A stretch of DNA of 63,979 nucleotides, filler included, from GCA_964501035.1; 4 parts of 4 records of this genome joined end to end with filler, not necessarily neighbours in it, one strand, 5' to 3'. Counted from the first letter of the whole stretch, positions 8,184-19,248 are shown. The notes: generated by a model from the sequence alone, not told the origin. Made by a program: numbers and translations.

Positions 8184-9415
8184 TGAAACACTTTAGTTTT
8201 ATTTTATTATATATTGTTGTTCAAAGTTTTCTTTTTGCAAATGAGCTACCGTATGTACTTGTAGTCTCATTTGATGGATTCAGACATGATTATTTTGAGA
8301 AAACAGAAACACCTAATTTTGATAAATTTGCTAAAAATGGAGTTAAAGCTAAATCTCTACAACCAGTTTTTCCATCATTGACCTTTCCGAATCATTATTC
8401 GATAGCAACTGGTGCATATTCAGGCACACATATGATCACAGGAAATAGTTTTTATGATAAGAAATTTAAAGAATATTATTCATTAAGAGATTCTGAAAAA
8501 GTACGAAACGGAAAATTTTATCAATCAGAACCTATTTGGGTAACCGCTGAAAGACAAGGCATTAAATCAGCTTCTTACTTTTGGGTTGGGTCTGAAGCAG
8601 AAATAAATGGATTCAGGCCATCTATTTATAAACATTACGACGGGAAAATTCCATTCTCTACTCGAGTAGATTCTGTAATATCTTGGCTTCAATATCCTAA
8701 AAAAAATAGACCCCATTTAATCATGTTGTACTTTAGTGAACCAGACCATACAGGGCATGAAGATGGTCCAAATCATAAAAATATTATTTCTACGATACAG
8801 GAAATGGATAATCTTTTAGGATATCTAATGAACCAATTACAATCCATCGAAGAAAATATTGAAATTCAAACCATTTTATTAAGTGATCACGGCATGTCCG
8901 ACGTTTCAAAAGAACGAATAGTTATATTGGACGAGTATATTGCTGAAATTGAAAATTGTTATGTAAACGGCAGGGGAGCACTTGTCCAGTTAGATTTAAA
9001 ATCAGAGATTTCTAACTCTTCAAGTATTGTGTGGAATCAGATAACGAAAATTCCACATTTATCTGCCTATAAAAAAGATGAACTTCCTGAACATTTCCAT
9101 TTTAACAACAGAAATACGGGTGAATTTGTATTGGTTGCTGACGATGGATGGTTAATCTATACAAAAGAATTTGTTGAAAATCGTGAGATTACTGTGAAGG
9201 GTATGCACGGATATGACCCTAAAATTATGAATATGCATGGTATATTTTTAGCTCAAGGGAGTAAAATAAGAAAAGATATAGAAATTGAATCATTTGAAAA
9301 TATTCACGTCTACCCTTTGATTTGTAATCTGTTAGAAATCACACCATACTCTAGTGAAATTGATGGTCCACAAGGTTCTATAGACATATTGAAACCTATC
9401 TTAGTTCATCCATAA
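8183..9415 (+). CDS. Secreted nucleotide pyrophosphatase/phosphodiesterase (alkaline phosphatase superfamily)
   Basis: SFDGFR, PSLTFPNHYSIATG, EPDHTGH, SDHGM, GMHGYD. Confidence 0.9.
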   Translation: MKHFSFILLYIVVQSFLFANELPYVLVVSFDGFRHDYFEKTETPNFDKFAKNGVKAKSLQPVFPSLTFPNHYSIATGAYSGTHMITGNSFYDKKFKEYYSLRDSEKVRNGKFYQSEPIWVTAERQGIKSASYFWVGSEAEINGFRPSIYKHYDGKIPFSTRVDSVISWLQYPKKNRPHLIMLYFSEPDHTGHEDGPNHKNIISTIQEMDNLLGYLMNQLQSIEENIEIQTILLSDHGMSDVSKERIVILDEYIAEIENCYVNGRGALVQLDLKSEISNSSSIVWNQITKIPHLSAYKKDELPEHFHFNNRNTGEFVLVADDGWLIYTKEFVENREITVKGMHGYDPKIMNMHGIFLAQGSKIRKDIEIESFENIHVYPLICNLLEITPYSSEIDGPQGSIDILKPILVHP

Positions 9416-10119
9416 TGCAGTTGTTTTATTCAAATCAAATTGTAGGAAACGAAATAGTAATGGGAAAATCTGACTCACAACATTGCATTCGAACTCTACG
9501 CAAAAAAATTGGAGACCAAATCAATATTGTAGATGGTATGGGTACATATTATCGTGCAGAAATCACCCATGATAGTGCAAGCGAATGTACGTTGAACATC
9601 ATTGAAACTAAGTCAAATTTCGATAAAAGAAACTACTATATTCATATTGCTATAGCACCCACAAAAAGCCATGACAGGTTAGAATGGTTTGTTGAAAAAG
9701 CAGTCGAAATTGGTGTAGATGAAATTTCATTTATTCAAACAAGTCGAACAGAGCGCAAAAAGATTCGTCTAGATAGAATTGAAAAGATTGCAATTACTGC
9801 CATGAAGCAAACAGTAAAAGCAACATTACCCAAACTAAATGAACTTCAAAATTTCAATTCATTCATAAGTAAATCACACAAAAATAATTTGTTCATTGCT
9901 CATTTAGATGAAAGTAAACGTGAGTCAATAAACACTCATAAAATTACTGAAAATTCTTCATTAGTTTTAATTGGTCCTGAAGGTGATTTTACTCCAGCTG
10001 AAATTGATTTGGCAGTTCAAAATAATTTTATGCCAATTTCTCTTGGAAAGAGTAGGTTAAGAACTGAAACTGCCGGAGTGGTTGCATGTCACTTGTTAAA
10101 TATAAAATTTGAAGATTAA
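9415..10119 (+). CDS. rsmE: 16S rRNA m3U1498 methyltransferase
   Basis: EKAVEIGV, IGPEGDF, SLGKSRLRTETAG. Confidence 0.93.
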   Translation: MQLFYSNQIVGNEIVMGKSDSQHCIRTLRKKIGDQINIVDGMGTYYRAEITHDSASECTLNIIETKSNFDKRNYYIHIAIAPTKSHDRLEWFVEKAVEIGVDEISFIQTSRTERKKIRLDRIEKIAITAMKQTVKATLPKLNELQNFNSFISKSHKNNLFIAHLDESKRESINTHKITENSSLVLIGPEGDFTPAEIDLAVQNNFMPISLGKSRLRTETAGVVACHLLNIKFED

Positions 10120-10598
10120 TGAATATTCCATCTAAAGAAATACAAGAAAAGTGGATAAAATCTGCAATGAATGAAGCGATGAAGGCTTTTGATCAAGATG
10201 AAATTCCTATAGGAGCAGTAATTGTTAAAGATGGGCGAATAATTGGTAGAGGATACAACCAATGTGAACAGTTAAATGACCCAACAGCGCATGCTGAAGT
10301 TATCGCAATAACCTCAGCATCAAATACTATTGGTGATTGGCGATTAAATGATTGTCAATTATATGTTACTAAAGAACCATGTCCAATGTGTGCTGGAGCA
10401 ATAATGAATGCTCGAATACAATTTGTTGGTTTTGGAATGTATGATGAACAATCTGGGTGTTGTGGTTCTCTCTATCAATTATGTCGAGATCCACGATTTA
10501 ATCATCAGTCGGCTGTACAGGGTGGAATATTGGAGACAGATTGTTCATTTATTATTCAAGATTTTTTTTCAAATAAACGTAAAACAAGTGATAATTGA
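10119..10598 (+). CDS. tadA: tRNA adenosine(34) deaminase
   Basis: EIPIGAVIV, DPTAHAE, EPCPMC. Confidence 0.9.
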   Translation: MNIPSKEIQEKWIKSAMNEAMKAFDQDEIPIGAVIVKDGRIIGRGYNQCEQLNDPTAHAEVIAITSASNTIGDWRLNDCQLYVTKEPCPMCAGAIMNARIQFVGFGMYDEQSGCCGSLYQLCRDPRFNHQSAVQGGILETDCSFIIQDFFSNKRKTSDN

Positions 10599-10712
10599 AC
10601 TTTATTCTTCTCTATTTTGTTAAATCAACACTTTGAAAAAATATAATTTCACTGTAATTTTTAGTTGTTTTATTGTCTGATATTTATCTAATCCATGATA
10701 TAAAGGATCATC

Positions 10713-12104
10713 ATGAAAAAAATATTCGGTTTAATTTTAATTTTAAATATAATAGTTGGACAAACTCCAAAATATGATAGCCCATTTCTGACAGACGATA
10801 TTCGTGCTTCCATAAAGCAATTGATAAAGTATAATGATATTGCAATAAATGTTGAGGATGATGATGCAAGAATTGATTTTTATAAAGCAGTTTCCGAAGC
10901 CTTTTACATTTCAACAAATAAGTTAGAGGAATTATATTCCAAAAAGACAGAAGAAAAATATAGTCACATTCAAAAATTGGAAGCAAATTACAGTTTAGAA
11001 ATTGTACTACCTGAAGATAATAAACCAGTTTTTACCTATGAATACAAACCAATTAAAATTACACAAAAAGCTAAAGACAAGAATATTCACGAAAAACAAG
11101 CAAAAAAAATGAAAGTTCAGTATGTTAAACTATACTCTTACTTTAAAGATTTAAACAATGCTCTAGAGAGTACTATTAGTGATTTAGAATCAGATATTGC
11201 AAATTTAGAAGCACAAAAAGAAGAAGATGCTCAGATTGAAGTTAATGAGGAACAAGAAGAAGTTTCACCCAATAATATTCAATTAGACACAACAACCGTT
11301 ATTCATTCTGAAGTAGTAGAAGCTGAACCTGATAAAGCTATTACAATAGTATCAGAAGAAACTGATACAAATGAGGAAATTGTTAAAAAAGAAGTCACAG
11401 TAGCAGATATACCTCCAATAGTTGAAGAAGTTGTTGATACAACTCCTTCACATTGCAATATAGGTTTGCAAATGTCAGATGAAAAAGAAAACTCTTTACA
11501 GGTTGTTTATGATTGCTCAGAACCTATTTATGGATTTCAATTTGAACTAACAAATGTAGTTTTGAAGTCAAGTGATAACCCGATATTTGATATACGATTT
11601 AGCGAAAATACTGGGCAAGTATTAGGCTTTTCACTAAAAGGTGAGTCGATGCAAAAAGGACAAGGGTTGCTTGTAGAATTTGAGTATGAAGCACCAGAAG
11701 AAGATTCTGAGATTTGTATGCAAGACGAAGTAATAGCAGGTAAAAGTGGTTCTCAAATATTAGTTGAAAAAGGTCCGTGTTTAATAATTAAAGGCAGCGG
11801 GGTTCCAATTCCTGTAATTGAAGAAGTAGTAATTGAGGAAGCTACGGTAGAAGTTATACCACAAAAAACGAAAGAAACAGTTCAAGTAAATAGTCAAGAT
11901 TCTGAAATTAGTAATTTTCAAAATGCATTTAGAAATGCTCGCAATTCGGGTAATGAAACATTTGAGTTTGAAGGGTTAACTTATTCTACATTAACACGTC
12001 AAGATTTTAGAAGAGCTTTTAGGAACGCACGCGCACAAGGCAAACCGACATTTCGTTTCGGAAATAGAACTTATTCCACAAAAATTAAAGAAGAAGCTGA
12101 ATAG
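10713..12104 (+). CDS. Secreted hypothetical protein: coiled coil, acidic linker, cohesin-like domain, two C-terminal repeats
   Basis: Signal peptide; IYGFQF..VLGFSL segment; repeats FQNAFRNARNSGNETFEFEGLTYST and FRRAFRNARAQGKPTFRFGNRTYST. Confidence 0.7.
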   Translation: MKKIFGLILILNIIVGQTPKYDSPFLTDDIRASIKQLIKYNDIAINVEDDDARIDFYKAVSEAFYISTNKLEELYSKKTEEKYSHIQKLEANYSLEIVLPEDNKPVFTYEYKPIKITQKAKDKNIHEKQAKKMKVQYVKLYSYFKDLNNALESTISDLESDIANLEAQKEEDAQIEVNEEQEEVSPNNIQLDTTTVIHSEVVEAEPDKAITIVSEETDTNEEIVKKEVTVADIPPIVEEVVDTTPSHCNIGLQMSDEKENSLQVVYDCSEPIYGFQFELTNVVLKSSDNPIFDIRFSENTGQVLGFSLKGESMQKGQGLLVEFEYEAPEEDSEICMQDEVIAGKSGSQILVEKGPCLIIKGSGVPIPVIEEVVIEEATVEVIPQKTKETVQVNSQDSEISNFQNAFRNARNSGNETFEFEGLTYSTLTRQDFRRAFRNARAQGKPTFRFGNRTYSTKIKEEAE

Positions 12105-12197
12105 TATTTACATTTAGTTTGATTATTGTAAATTAACATATTCGTTAAATATTAAATTATTCAATCATTTCAAAAAGTATAGTTAAGAGGTAATAAA

Positions 12198-12698
12198 TTG
12201 GCAACATTGATTTTACAAGATACATATCAAGCACTAGAAGAAGAGTTGAAAACTATTGATAAATTGCGTTCACAGACAGCCATGCAGATTCAAGAGGCAG
12301 CTAGTCATGGGGATTTAAAGGAAAATTATGAGTATAAAGCTGCAAAAGAAAAGATGGAATTTGTACTGTATAAAAAACAATTGTTGCAATCCTATGCTCC
12401 ATTTAAATTTATTGAGTTTGGTGATATAGGCATAAAAGAGGTAGGTTTTGGTAGTAAAGTAACAATTCATGAAGAAGGCAAAGTTAAACCCCTAGATTAT
12501 TATCTTTTAGGTCCAATTGAATCTGAATTAAACCTGTATCCTATGACCGTAACGTATCATACGCCATTTGCAAAAGCAATTATGGGAAAAAAAGTAGGTG
12601 AAGAGTTTACATTAAACATCAGAGACAATGATGTTAAGTTTACAATTAAATCTATAGAGAAGATTTCTAAGGCTGAGAAAAAAGTAGCTAAAAAGTAA
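12198..12698 (+). CDS. greA: GreA/GreB family transcription elongation factor
   Basis: HGDLKENYEYKAAK, VGFGSKV, TPFAKAIMGKKVGE; GAGG RBS before TTG. Confidence 0.8.
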   Translation: MATLILQDTYQALEEELKTIDKLRSQTAMQIQEAASHGDLKENYEYKAAKEKMEFVLYKKQLLQSYAPFKFIEFGDIGIKEVGFGSKVTIHEEGKVKPLDYYLLGPIESELNLYPMTVTYHTPFAKAIMGKKVGEEFTLNIRDNDVKFTIKSIEKISKAEKKVAKK

Positions 12699-12741
12699 TA
12701 TTAGAAAATCAATTCTATTTTTAAACCCCTAATGATTGTGA

Positions 12742-13344
12742 TTAAATTTCGCCTGCCCCGATAGCACTAAGATCTCCATCAAGCCAATCTCCAATAAAGT
12801 GATATGCTTTTCGTAATTCATCTAGTGTCGCAATCATAACCATCATATCTTGCTCTTTTCCTGAATGGTCAACTACATAGTTTGGAAGTATGCCACCAAT
12901 TTTAAATCCAAGATTTTGATAGATGTTTAACAATCCTTCTTGTGGGCGCATAAATTTTGTAATGAGTTTATTAATATGTTTATCATCAGCAATATCATAA
13001 AGGTCTTTGGCTAAGGCAAATTGAATTCCTTTACCAATAAAATCTGGATGAACAACTAATCGTAATTGAGCTTCACCACTTTTCCATGATTTAGTTTCAA
13101 TTTCCAAACTCCCATCACCAACAATTATTCCATCATACATAACAACACGTCTTACGATATTGCCTTTTGCACATGTTTTTATTCGACTTATGATATGATT
13201 TCTATCTTCAACATTAGATCTGAAGTAAACTCGTTGATCTTTAGGGAAAGTTAGAAAGAAAGCATGCGATTTATCCACATCGCTTGGTTCGAGGTTTTTA
13301 ATGATAATTTTTGAACCATCTTTTAACTCATATTGAGATTCCAT
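12742..13344 (-). CDS. GNAT family N-acetyltransferase
   Basis: LKDGSKIII, VHPDFIGKGI acetyl-CoA motif; AGGAG RBS before ATG at 13344. Confidence 0.8.
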   Translation of the reverse strand: MESQYELKDGSKIIIKNLEPSDVDKSHAFFLTFPKDQRVYFRSNVEDRNHIISRIKTCAKGNIVRRVVMYDGIIVGDGSLEIETKSWKSGEAQLRLVVHPDFIGKGIQFALAKDLYDIADDKHINKLITKFMRPQEGLLNIYQNLGFKIGGILPNYVVDHSGKEQDMMVMIATLDELRKAYHFIGDWLDGDLSAIGAGEI

Positions 13345-13352
13345 AACTTCTC

Positions 13353-14936
13353 CTATATTATTCCAGCAAACTCTTGAAGTAATCTCCAATTTTGCAATCT
13401 ATCTTCTTGAGATTTTAAAATTGTTTCACTTGGATTTCCATCTTTGTCAAAATGTTTGGCAAATCGATTTTCTGTTTTTGCAAAATGAATGAAATCAATT
13501 TGTTCACCCGTTTTTGGGTTAACATACCAATCATCTTTCTTAGCAGGGTTGCCTTGTAATGAAATTCTTTCAGCCATTTTATCACCTTTAGTAGGGTCAT
13601 AAATATAGACAGGAAAAGTTCTAGTATCTGCTGCTAATTTTGCTTGTTGGACCGCCATATCGTCTGCAACTCCATGTTCTGGTTGACATGTAGTATAAAC
13701 ATTAACTACGGATGGCCCTTTGTATTCATTTGCTGCCATTATTGCTTTGTAGAAATGATTTGTGTGTGCTGCAGTGGTTTGTGCTACAAACACATCTGGA
13801 TGCATCATTGCTAAATTAGCAATTTCTTTTCGTCTTTCAGTCTTACCCTGAATAGATTTTCCATGGAATGACATCTTAGCATCTTGTCCCATAAATGTTG
13901 CGGTTGAAGTTTGTCCGCCAGTATTTGAATAAGATTGAGTGTCTAAAATAAGTATGTTAATATCCATTCCAGATGCAAGTAAACGAGACATAGATTGAAA
14001 TCCAATGTCAAGCATTGCACCGTCACCACCAATACACCAGAGTTTTTTATCTTGCCAACCCATTTGATCCCATCGTGTTCGAACACCCATAGCATCAGCA
14101 GAGTTATTTTCAAAGAGAGAGTTTGTCCAAGGTACCATGAAAGGATTGTAGGGATAGGTGGATCCATATACGGTATTACATCCAGTTGATGCTACTAAAC
14201 CAATACTTTCTTTTCCATAAACAAAACCTGTAGCTGCAAGCATCATACGTAAAGCAGTGCCTTCACCACAACCCATGCAAGACCCTGCACCACCAGTAAA
14301 AAGCATGGTGCTTTCACTTAGCATCATATCTGCAAGGACCCGTTCATTTATATATTCTTTTGGTGTTGGTCCGGTTGATAGATAAAAATCGAATGCAGTT
14401 TGATACTTTGGAATTGTATCATCCACTTTTGAAATCATTGAAAGTGCATCATGATCTCCACATGCCACAACGCATTCACCACATCCTTTGCATTTTGTAG
14501 GGTCGATAAAAATGCCATACTTTGCAGGTTCTTTGCCTTGCTTTTTAGGTGTATTGTAGAATTTTTTTGTTTCAGCCCACTGACCATTAATCCAATCTTT
14601 ATGAGAAGATGAACAATCACCAAGCATGGAATCAAGTTTTGATTCTGGTACGGCTTTACCCAAAATTGCTGTGTCTGGGCATTGAATCACGCATTCCATA
14701 CATGCAACACAATTATCGGCATTATATTCAGGAATATCAGGAGCAATATAACTGAAATCACGTAATGCAGCTGTTCCTGCTGGTATCAAACTTCGAGCGG
14801 TGGTTAAGTCAGCGGGTAACTCAAGTTCGGCAGTACCATTATTATATGCTCCAACAATTCTATCATTAAAATCATTTACATCTAAAATATCAAATGCATT
14901 TTGCTTATTTTGTTTTGAAATTACAACTTCACTCAT
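13353..14936 (-). CDS. Pyruvate:ferredoxin oxidoreductase, ferredoxin plus TPP-binding subunit
   Basis: CVACMECVIQCP and CKGCGECVVAC [4Fe-4S] motifs, GSCMGCGE, GGDG TPP motif, YSNTGGQ. Confidence 0.9.
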   Translation of the reverse strand: MSEVVISKQNKQNAFDILDVNDFNDRIVGAYNNGTAELELPADLTTARSLIPAGTAALRDFSYIAPDIPEYNADNCVACMECVIQCPDTAILGKAVPESKLDSMLGDCSSSHKDWINGQWAETKKFYNTPKKQGKEPAKYGIFIDPTKCKGCGECVVACGDHDALSMISKVDDTIPKYQTAFDFYLSTGPTPKEYINERVLADMMLSESTMLFTGGAGSCMGCGEGTALRMMLAATGFVYGKESIGLVASTGCNTVYGSTYPYNPFMVPWTNSLFENNSADAMGVRTRWDQMGWQDKKLWCIGGDGAMLDIGFQSMSRLLASGMDINILILDTQSYSNTGGQTSTATFMGQDAKMSFHGKSIQGKTERRKEIANLAMMHPDVFVAQTTAAHTNHFYKAIMAANEYKGPSVVNVYTTCQPEHGVADDMAVQQAKLAADTRTFPVYIYDPTKGDKMAERISLQGNPAKKDDWYVNPKTGEQIDFIHFAKTENRFAKHFDKDGNPSETILKSQEDRLQNWRLLQEFAGII

Positions 14937-16864
14937 GCTTCAACTCCTTCACACATTTCAATTACTTCTTTTGGAATTTCAAATACTTCTGAATATCCAC
15001 GTCGTACAGCATTCAAATTATCTTGAACAACCTGCTCACCACGTTTTCCAAAATATTTTCGTAGAGATTTTTCAACCCCTTTTAACAATTCTTCATCTGA
15101 AATTCCAGACTGTTCCATGAAAGGAGTTGCTTTTAAAAAAATTCCTAATAGAACTATACCTTGCATCCTTTGAGCCAAATCAGATCGAGATGATACATCT
15201 CGTGCTATTTCAACTGTATCTAATGCATATACATGAATATTGTTTTCTCGTATTTTTTCCTGTGCCCATAGAGGAATATCTTTCCAAATTTCATTCGTAT
15301 CCGTTTTATGAGTTTGAACAAACAAAATCCCATTGGGTTGTAGTCCTTTTAATGGGTTTGCAAGATTAAATGCATTTATATCATTTAAAGGCACAAAATC
15401 AACAAACTCAAGTTCGTTATGGGTTCTAACTTGTTCTGGACTTATTGTTAAGAAATATGCTGTAGGTAATCCTTTTTTCTCTGAACCATATTTTGGATAT
15501 GCTTGTACGTTCATATCAAACAAATCTGCTACAATCGTTGCGATGACTTTGTTTGTTGTTACAGATCCAAAACCACCAACTGAATGTCCACGCATTGAAA
15601 ATGCACCTTCTGGACGAATATCATAGTTTTTATCTGTTTCAATTCCCAATTCATGTTTTATACCAATTGCAAAATATCGTTTTTTATCAGCAGTCATATT
15701 TTTTAACACTTCAATAATATCTGCAGGTCGTATATCTCGTGAACCAAGCCCAGCAGACCCTGAGTAAATTTTAGGTATAGAATTTATTGCTCCTTCTGAT
15801 AAGGCATCCGTAAAACTAGCTTTAATTTCCATGGTTAATGGATTACTTTCTGCGAGAGGATTATCTAATCGTTCAAGTACAGAAAAAGCTTTAACATTTT
15901 TAAGTGCATTTACAATTTGCTTTGCTGGAAATGGTCTAAATGAAGTGATACTAACTACACCTACTTTTTCACCTGTAGTTTTTCTGATGTAATCTGCAGT
16001 TGCTTCAGATGTTTCAGTTAAACTTCCCATGCCCACAATTGCCCATTCTGCATCATCCATTTTATATGAATTTACTAAATCATATTTTCGTCCTGTAGCA
16101 GCGTGAAACGCTTCCATAGCACTTGTTAACTCGGATTCTATTTTATCAGTATAAGCACGTTGTGCAATTTTTCCTTTCATATAGGAATCTTGATTTTGAA
16201 CCACACCTGACATTGTTGGATGATATGGATCCATGAGGTTTACTAATTTTTCTTGTGGAGCCGACACAAAATCTCTCATAAATTCTGGTTCAGGTAGTTT
16301 TACATTTTCTATGGTATGTGTGGTTAAAAACCCATCCATAATATTGAAAAATGGGGTAGATGTGTCTTCAGCTACACGTCTTGCAATTAGCGCTAAATCG
16401 GCTACTTCTTGAGCGTTTTTAGCAAACAGCATTCCCCAACCGCAATCGGTAACACCCATTACATCATCATGTCCGGCATGTACATTCAATGAGTGTGACG
16501 TAAGTGCTCGTGCACCAATATGAAACACAACGGGTAAACGTTTTCCAGAAATAGTATATAAAACTTCTTTCATAAGGATAAGACCTTGCCCAGATGTAAA
16601 ATTTGTAACTCGACCTCCGGATAAAGCATATCCTTCGCAAGTAGAAGCTGAGCTATGTTCAGATTCTAATTCAATAAAATCAAGTGGTTCATCCCACACA
16701 TTTTTTCCACCATTAGAAACTACAATTTGATAACCTGAACCCATGGTTGTAGAAGATGTTATTGGATATGCACATGCAGCTTGAGAAATATGAGTTTCCA
16801 CCCAAACTACCATTGCTGCACCATCAGCTGTTGATTTTATCCCTGGATATTTAATTTGACTCAT
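14933..16864 (-). CDS. Pyruvate:ferredoxin oxidoreductase, alpha plus gamma domains
   Basis: YPITSST, ESEHS, FTSGQGL, DGFLTTH, YGSEKKG. Confidence 0.9.
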   Translation of the reverse strand: MSQIKYPGIKSTADGAAMVVWVETHISQAACAYPITSSTTMGSGYQIVVSNGGKNVWDEPLDFIELESEHSSASTCEGYALSGGRVTNFTSGQGLILMKEVLYTISGKRLPVVFHIGARALTSHSLNVHAGHDDVMGVTDCGWGMLFAKNAQEVADLALIARRVAEDTSTPFFNIMDGFLTTHTIENVKLPEPEFMRDFVSAPQEKLVNLMDPYHPTMSGVVQNQDSYMKGKIAQRAYTDKIESELTSAMEAFHAATGRKYDLVNSYKMDDAEWAIVGMGSLTETSEATADYIRKTTGEKVGVVSITSFRPFPAKQIVNALKNVKAFSVLERLDNPLAESNPLTMEIKASFTDALSEGAINSIPKIYSGSAGLGSRDIRPADIIEVLKNMTADKKRYFAIGIKHELGIETDKNYDIRPEGAFSMRGHSVGGFGSVTTNKVIATIVADLFDMNVQAYPKYGSEKKGLPTAYFLTISPEQVRTHNELEFVDFVPLNDINAFNLANPLKGLQPNGILFVQTHKTDTNEIWKDIPLWAQEKIRENNIHVYALDTVEIARDVSSRSDLAQRMQGIVLLGIFLKATPFMEQSGISDEELLKGVEKSLRKYFGKRGEQVVQDNLNAVRRGYSEVFEIPKEVIEMCEGVEA

Positions 16865-16977
16865 CACAATGCCCTTTTTTATTAAAAACAAATTTATAAA
16901 ATCCTGTCAAAAACAGGTTGTAAAAATTACAAAACTATAAGGGGTATAAAAAAAGAATAAAAAGAGATTATTGAGTC

Positions 16978-17943
16978 TTATTTTTTCAAAATTGTAAGGA
17001 AAGCATTCCAACCTAATGAATTTAATTTATTTTTCATTTTTCTAAAACCTACACCATATATTTGATCTTCACTCATCTGCATACTTTCTAAGTGGATGTC
17101 TGAAAACGTAGTTTTATATTCATTATAAATCAGCATGCTTCCAAGATTGCAAAATCCTTCAGTTTCTTGTAATGAAAGTTCAATTTGATTTTGCAATAAC
17201 CAAACATGTAAAAGCTCATGCGCTAAAACTGCTTCGAACTCAATTTGTGGTAAATAAGTTAAAATATAAACTGTGAACTCTCGATGTGTATTAAACATTG
17301 TTTTGGTTTCTATTGTATGCGTAAATCCTTTTAGATGATCTGATGAAAGTGATTTAGATAATTTGCCTAATTCTAATTTATCTACTAAATTGATTGGAAT
17401 ATCAATAGGAAAATGTGTTAGTCCTACATTTTCAAAGACATCTAATACATTTTGCAAAGATTTATTGATATCATTTGAAGTTTTCACAATATTGATTTCA
17501 CATAAACTACAGAGATATCGCCCATCATGAATTTGAAACCCACCATTAGTGATTTGTTGAGATATTATTCGTGTACACGAATTGCACTTAACTCCATCAT
17601 TTACATGATTCTTATGGTATTTATTATTCCAACTATCAATAACATACTCTCCTTCAAGTGGTTGTAAACAAATATTGCATTTTGGAAGAATAAATGTTGT
17701 ATAACAAGTAGGATGATAATTTTTGTCTTCAAACTCAATAAAGCTATCTGTAATAGGGTTATTACATTGATTGCATTTCAACTGAATATATTTTGTATAA
17801 CAATTGTTATGATATTGATGGTTTTTATATTCCAACCATGTTGATCCTAATAAAGTATTACAATAGTCACATTTTTCAATAGCAAAAACAAATGTAGGTA
17901 TAATTAAAACAAATATCTTTACAACAGTTCTTAGTGATTTCAT
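16978..17943 (-). CDS. Secreted LIM-like zinc-finger repeat protein with DA1-type HExxH peptidase domain
   Basis: Signal peptide; repeated CxxC-x16/17-HxxC units; LAHELLHVWL, ETEGFCNL, IYGVGFR. Confidence 0.8.
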   Translation of the reverse strand: MKSLRTVVKIFVLIIPTFVFAIEKCDYCNTLLGSTWLEYKNHQYHNNCYTKYIQLKCNQCNNPITDSFIEFEDKNYHPTCYTTFILPKCNICLQPLEGEYVIDSWNNKYHKNHVNDGVKCNSCTRIISQQITNGGFQIHDGRYLCSLCEINIVKTSNDINKSLQNVLDVFENVGLTHFPIDIPINLVDKLELGKLSKSLSSDHLKGFTHTIETKTMFNTHREFTVYILTYLPQIEFEAVLAHELLHVWLLQNQIELSLQETEGFCNLGSMLIYNEYKTTFSDIHLESMQMSEDQIYGVGFRKMKNKLNSLGWNAFLTILKK

Positions 17944-18009
17944 AAAATCTAATTTAGTTTTAATAATGTAAACTATCATAATTTATAATTCATGGAAATT
18001 AGGAAAAAT

Positions 18010-19200
18010 ATGAAAATAGCTTTTTTAACTGCTGGTGGCATTGCTCCATGTCTTTCAGCTTCAATCGGACGGTTAATTAAAAATTATTCAACCCAATACC
18101 CTCAAGCAGAAATGATTGGATATTTAAATGGCTATAAGGGATTGTTGCTAGGAAAATCAATAAAAATTAATGACCATGTAAAATCAAATTCTGAAGTACT
18201 TTATGATTTTGGTGGCAGCCCTTTGGGAAATAGTAGGGTAAAATTAACAAACATTGATGATTGCATTAAAAACAATTACATTAAAAAAGGTGAAACTCCG
18301 CTAGAAGTTGCTGCAAATCAGTTGGTAAAAGATGGAGTTACCATCTTGCATACAATTGGAGGTGACGATACAAATACTGCAGCAGCTGATTTATCCCACT
18401 ATTTAGAAAAAAATAATTATGATCTAACAGTTGTTGGGTTGCCGAAAACTGTTGACAACGACGTGTATCCTATTTCGCAAACATTAGGAGCATGGACTGC
18501 TGCAGAGCAAGGTGCAATTTTCTTTGAAAATATAGCCAATGAAAACACAACAAGTTCAAGACAGTTAATTATTCACGAGGTGATGGGGAGAAATTGCGGG
18601 TGGCTAACGGCAGCTACTGCGTTTGAATATAGAGAACGATTGAAAAAACGAACATTTTTACCCGATATATTAATTGAACAAAGAAGATGGGATGTAGATG
18701 CAGTGTATATTCCTGAGATTGACTTTGACATCAAGAAAGAAGCCATCCGTTTGAAAGACCTATTAGATGAAAAAGATTCTGTTAACATCTTTTTAAGTGA
18801 AGGGGCTGGAGTTGAAAGCATAGTCAGAGAAATGGAATCGAATGGTGAGGAAGTTAAAAAAGATGCGTTTGGTCATTTTAGACTTGATGAAATAAATCCG
18901 GGTGCATGGTTTGGGAAACAGTTTTCAAAATTAATTGAAGCTGAAAAAACATTGGTACAAAAAAGTGGCTACTTTGCACGTTCTGCACCTGCGAACAAGC
19001 GTGATTTAGAGTTAATATTCAATACAGCAGATATGGCAACACAGGTTGGAATTGCAGGACAAAGCGGGGTAATTGGCTTGGATGACGAAGATGCTAGTAA
19101 TTTGCAATGCATAGATTTTAAGAGAATAAAAGGTGGAAAACCATTTGATGTTTCACAGACGTGGTTTAAATCTATGTTAAAAGAAATCGGACAAGTATAA
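18010..19200 (+). CDS. pfp: Pyrophosphate-dependent phosphofructokinase
   Basis: TAGGIAPCLS, GGDDT and PKTVDND (PPi-type Asp/Lys), MGRNCGW. Confidence 0.92.
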   Translation: MKIAFLTAGGIAPCLSASIGRLIKNYSTQYPQAEMIGYLNGYKGLLLGKSIKINDHVKSNSEVLYDFGGSPLGNSRVKLTNIDDCIKNNYIKKGETPLEVAANQLVKDGVTILHTIGGDDTNTAAADLSHYLEKNNYDLTVVGLPKTVDNDVYPISQTLGAWTAAEQGAIFFENIANENTTSSRQLIIHEVMGRNCGWLTAATAFEYRERLKKRTFLPDILIEQRRWDVDAVYIPEIDFDIKKEAIRLKDLLDEKDSVNIFLSEGAGVESIVREMESNGEEVKKDAFGHFRLDEINPGAWFGKQFSKLIEAEKTLVQKSGYFARSAPANKRDLELIFNTADMATQVGIAGQSGVIGLDDEDASNLQCIDFKRIKGGKPFDVSQTWFKSMLKEIGQV

Positions 19201-19248
19201 AGTATAACTTTAAGTGATATTATTATAAAACAATAAATAAGGATAGTT

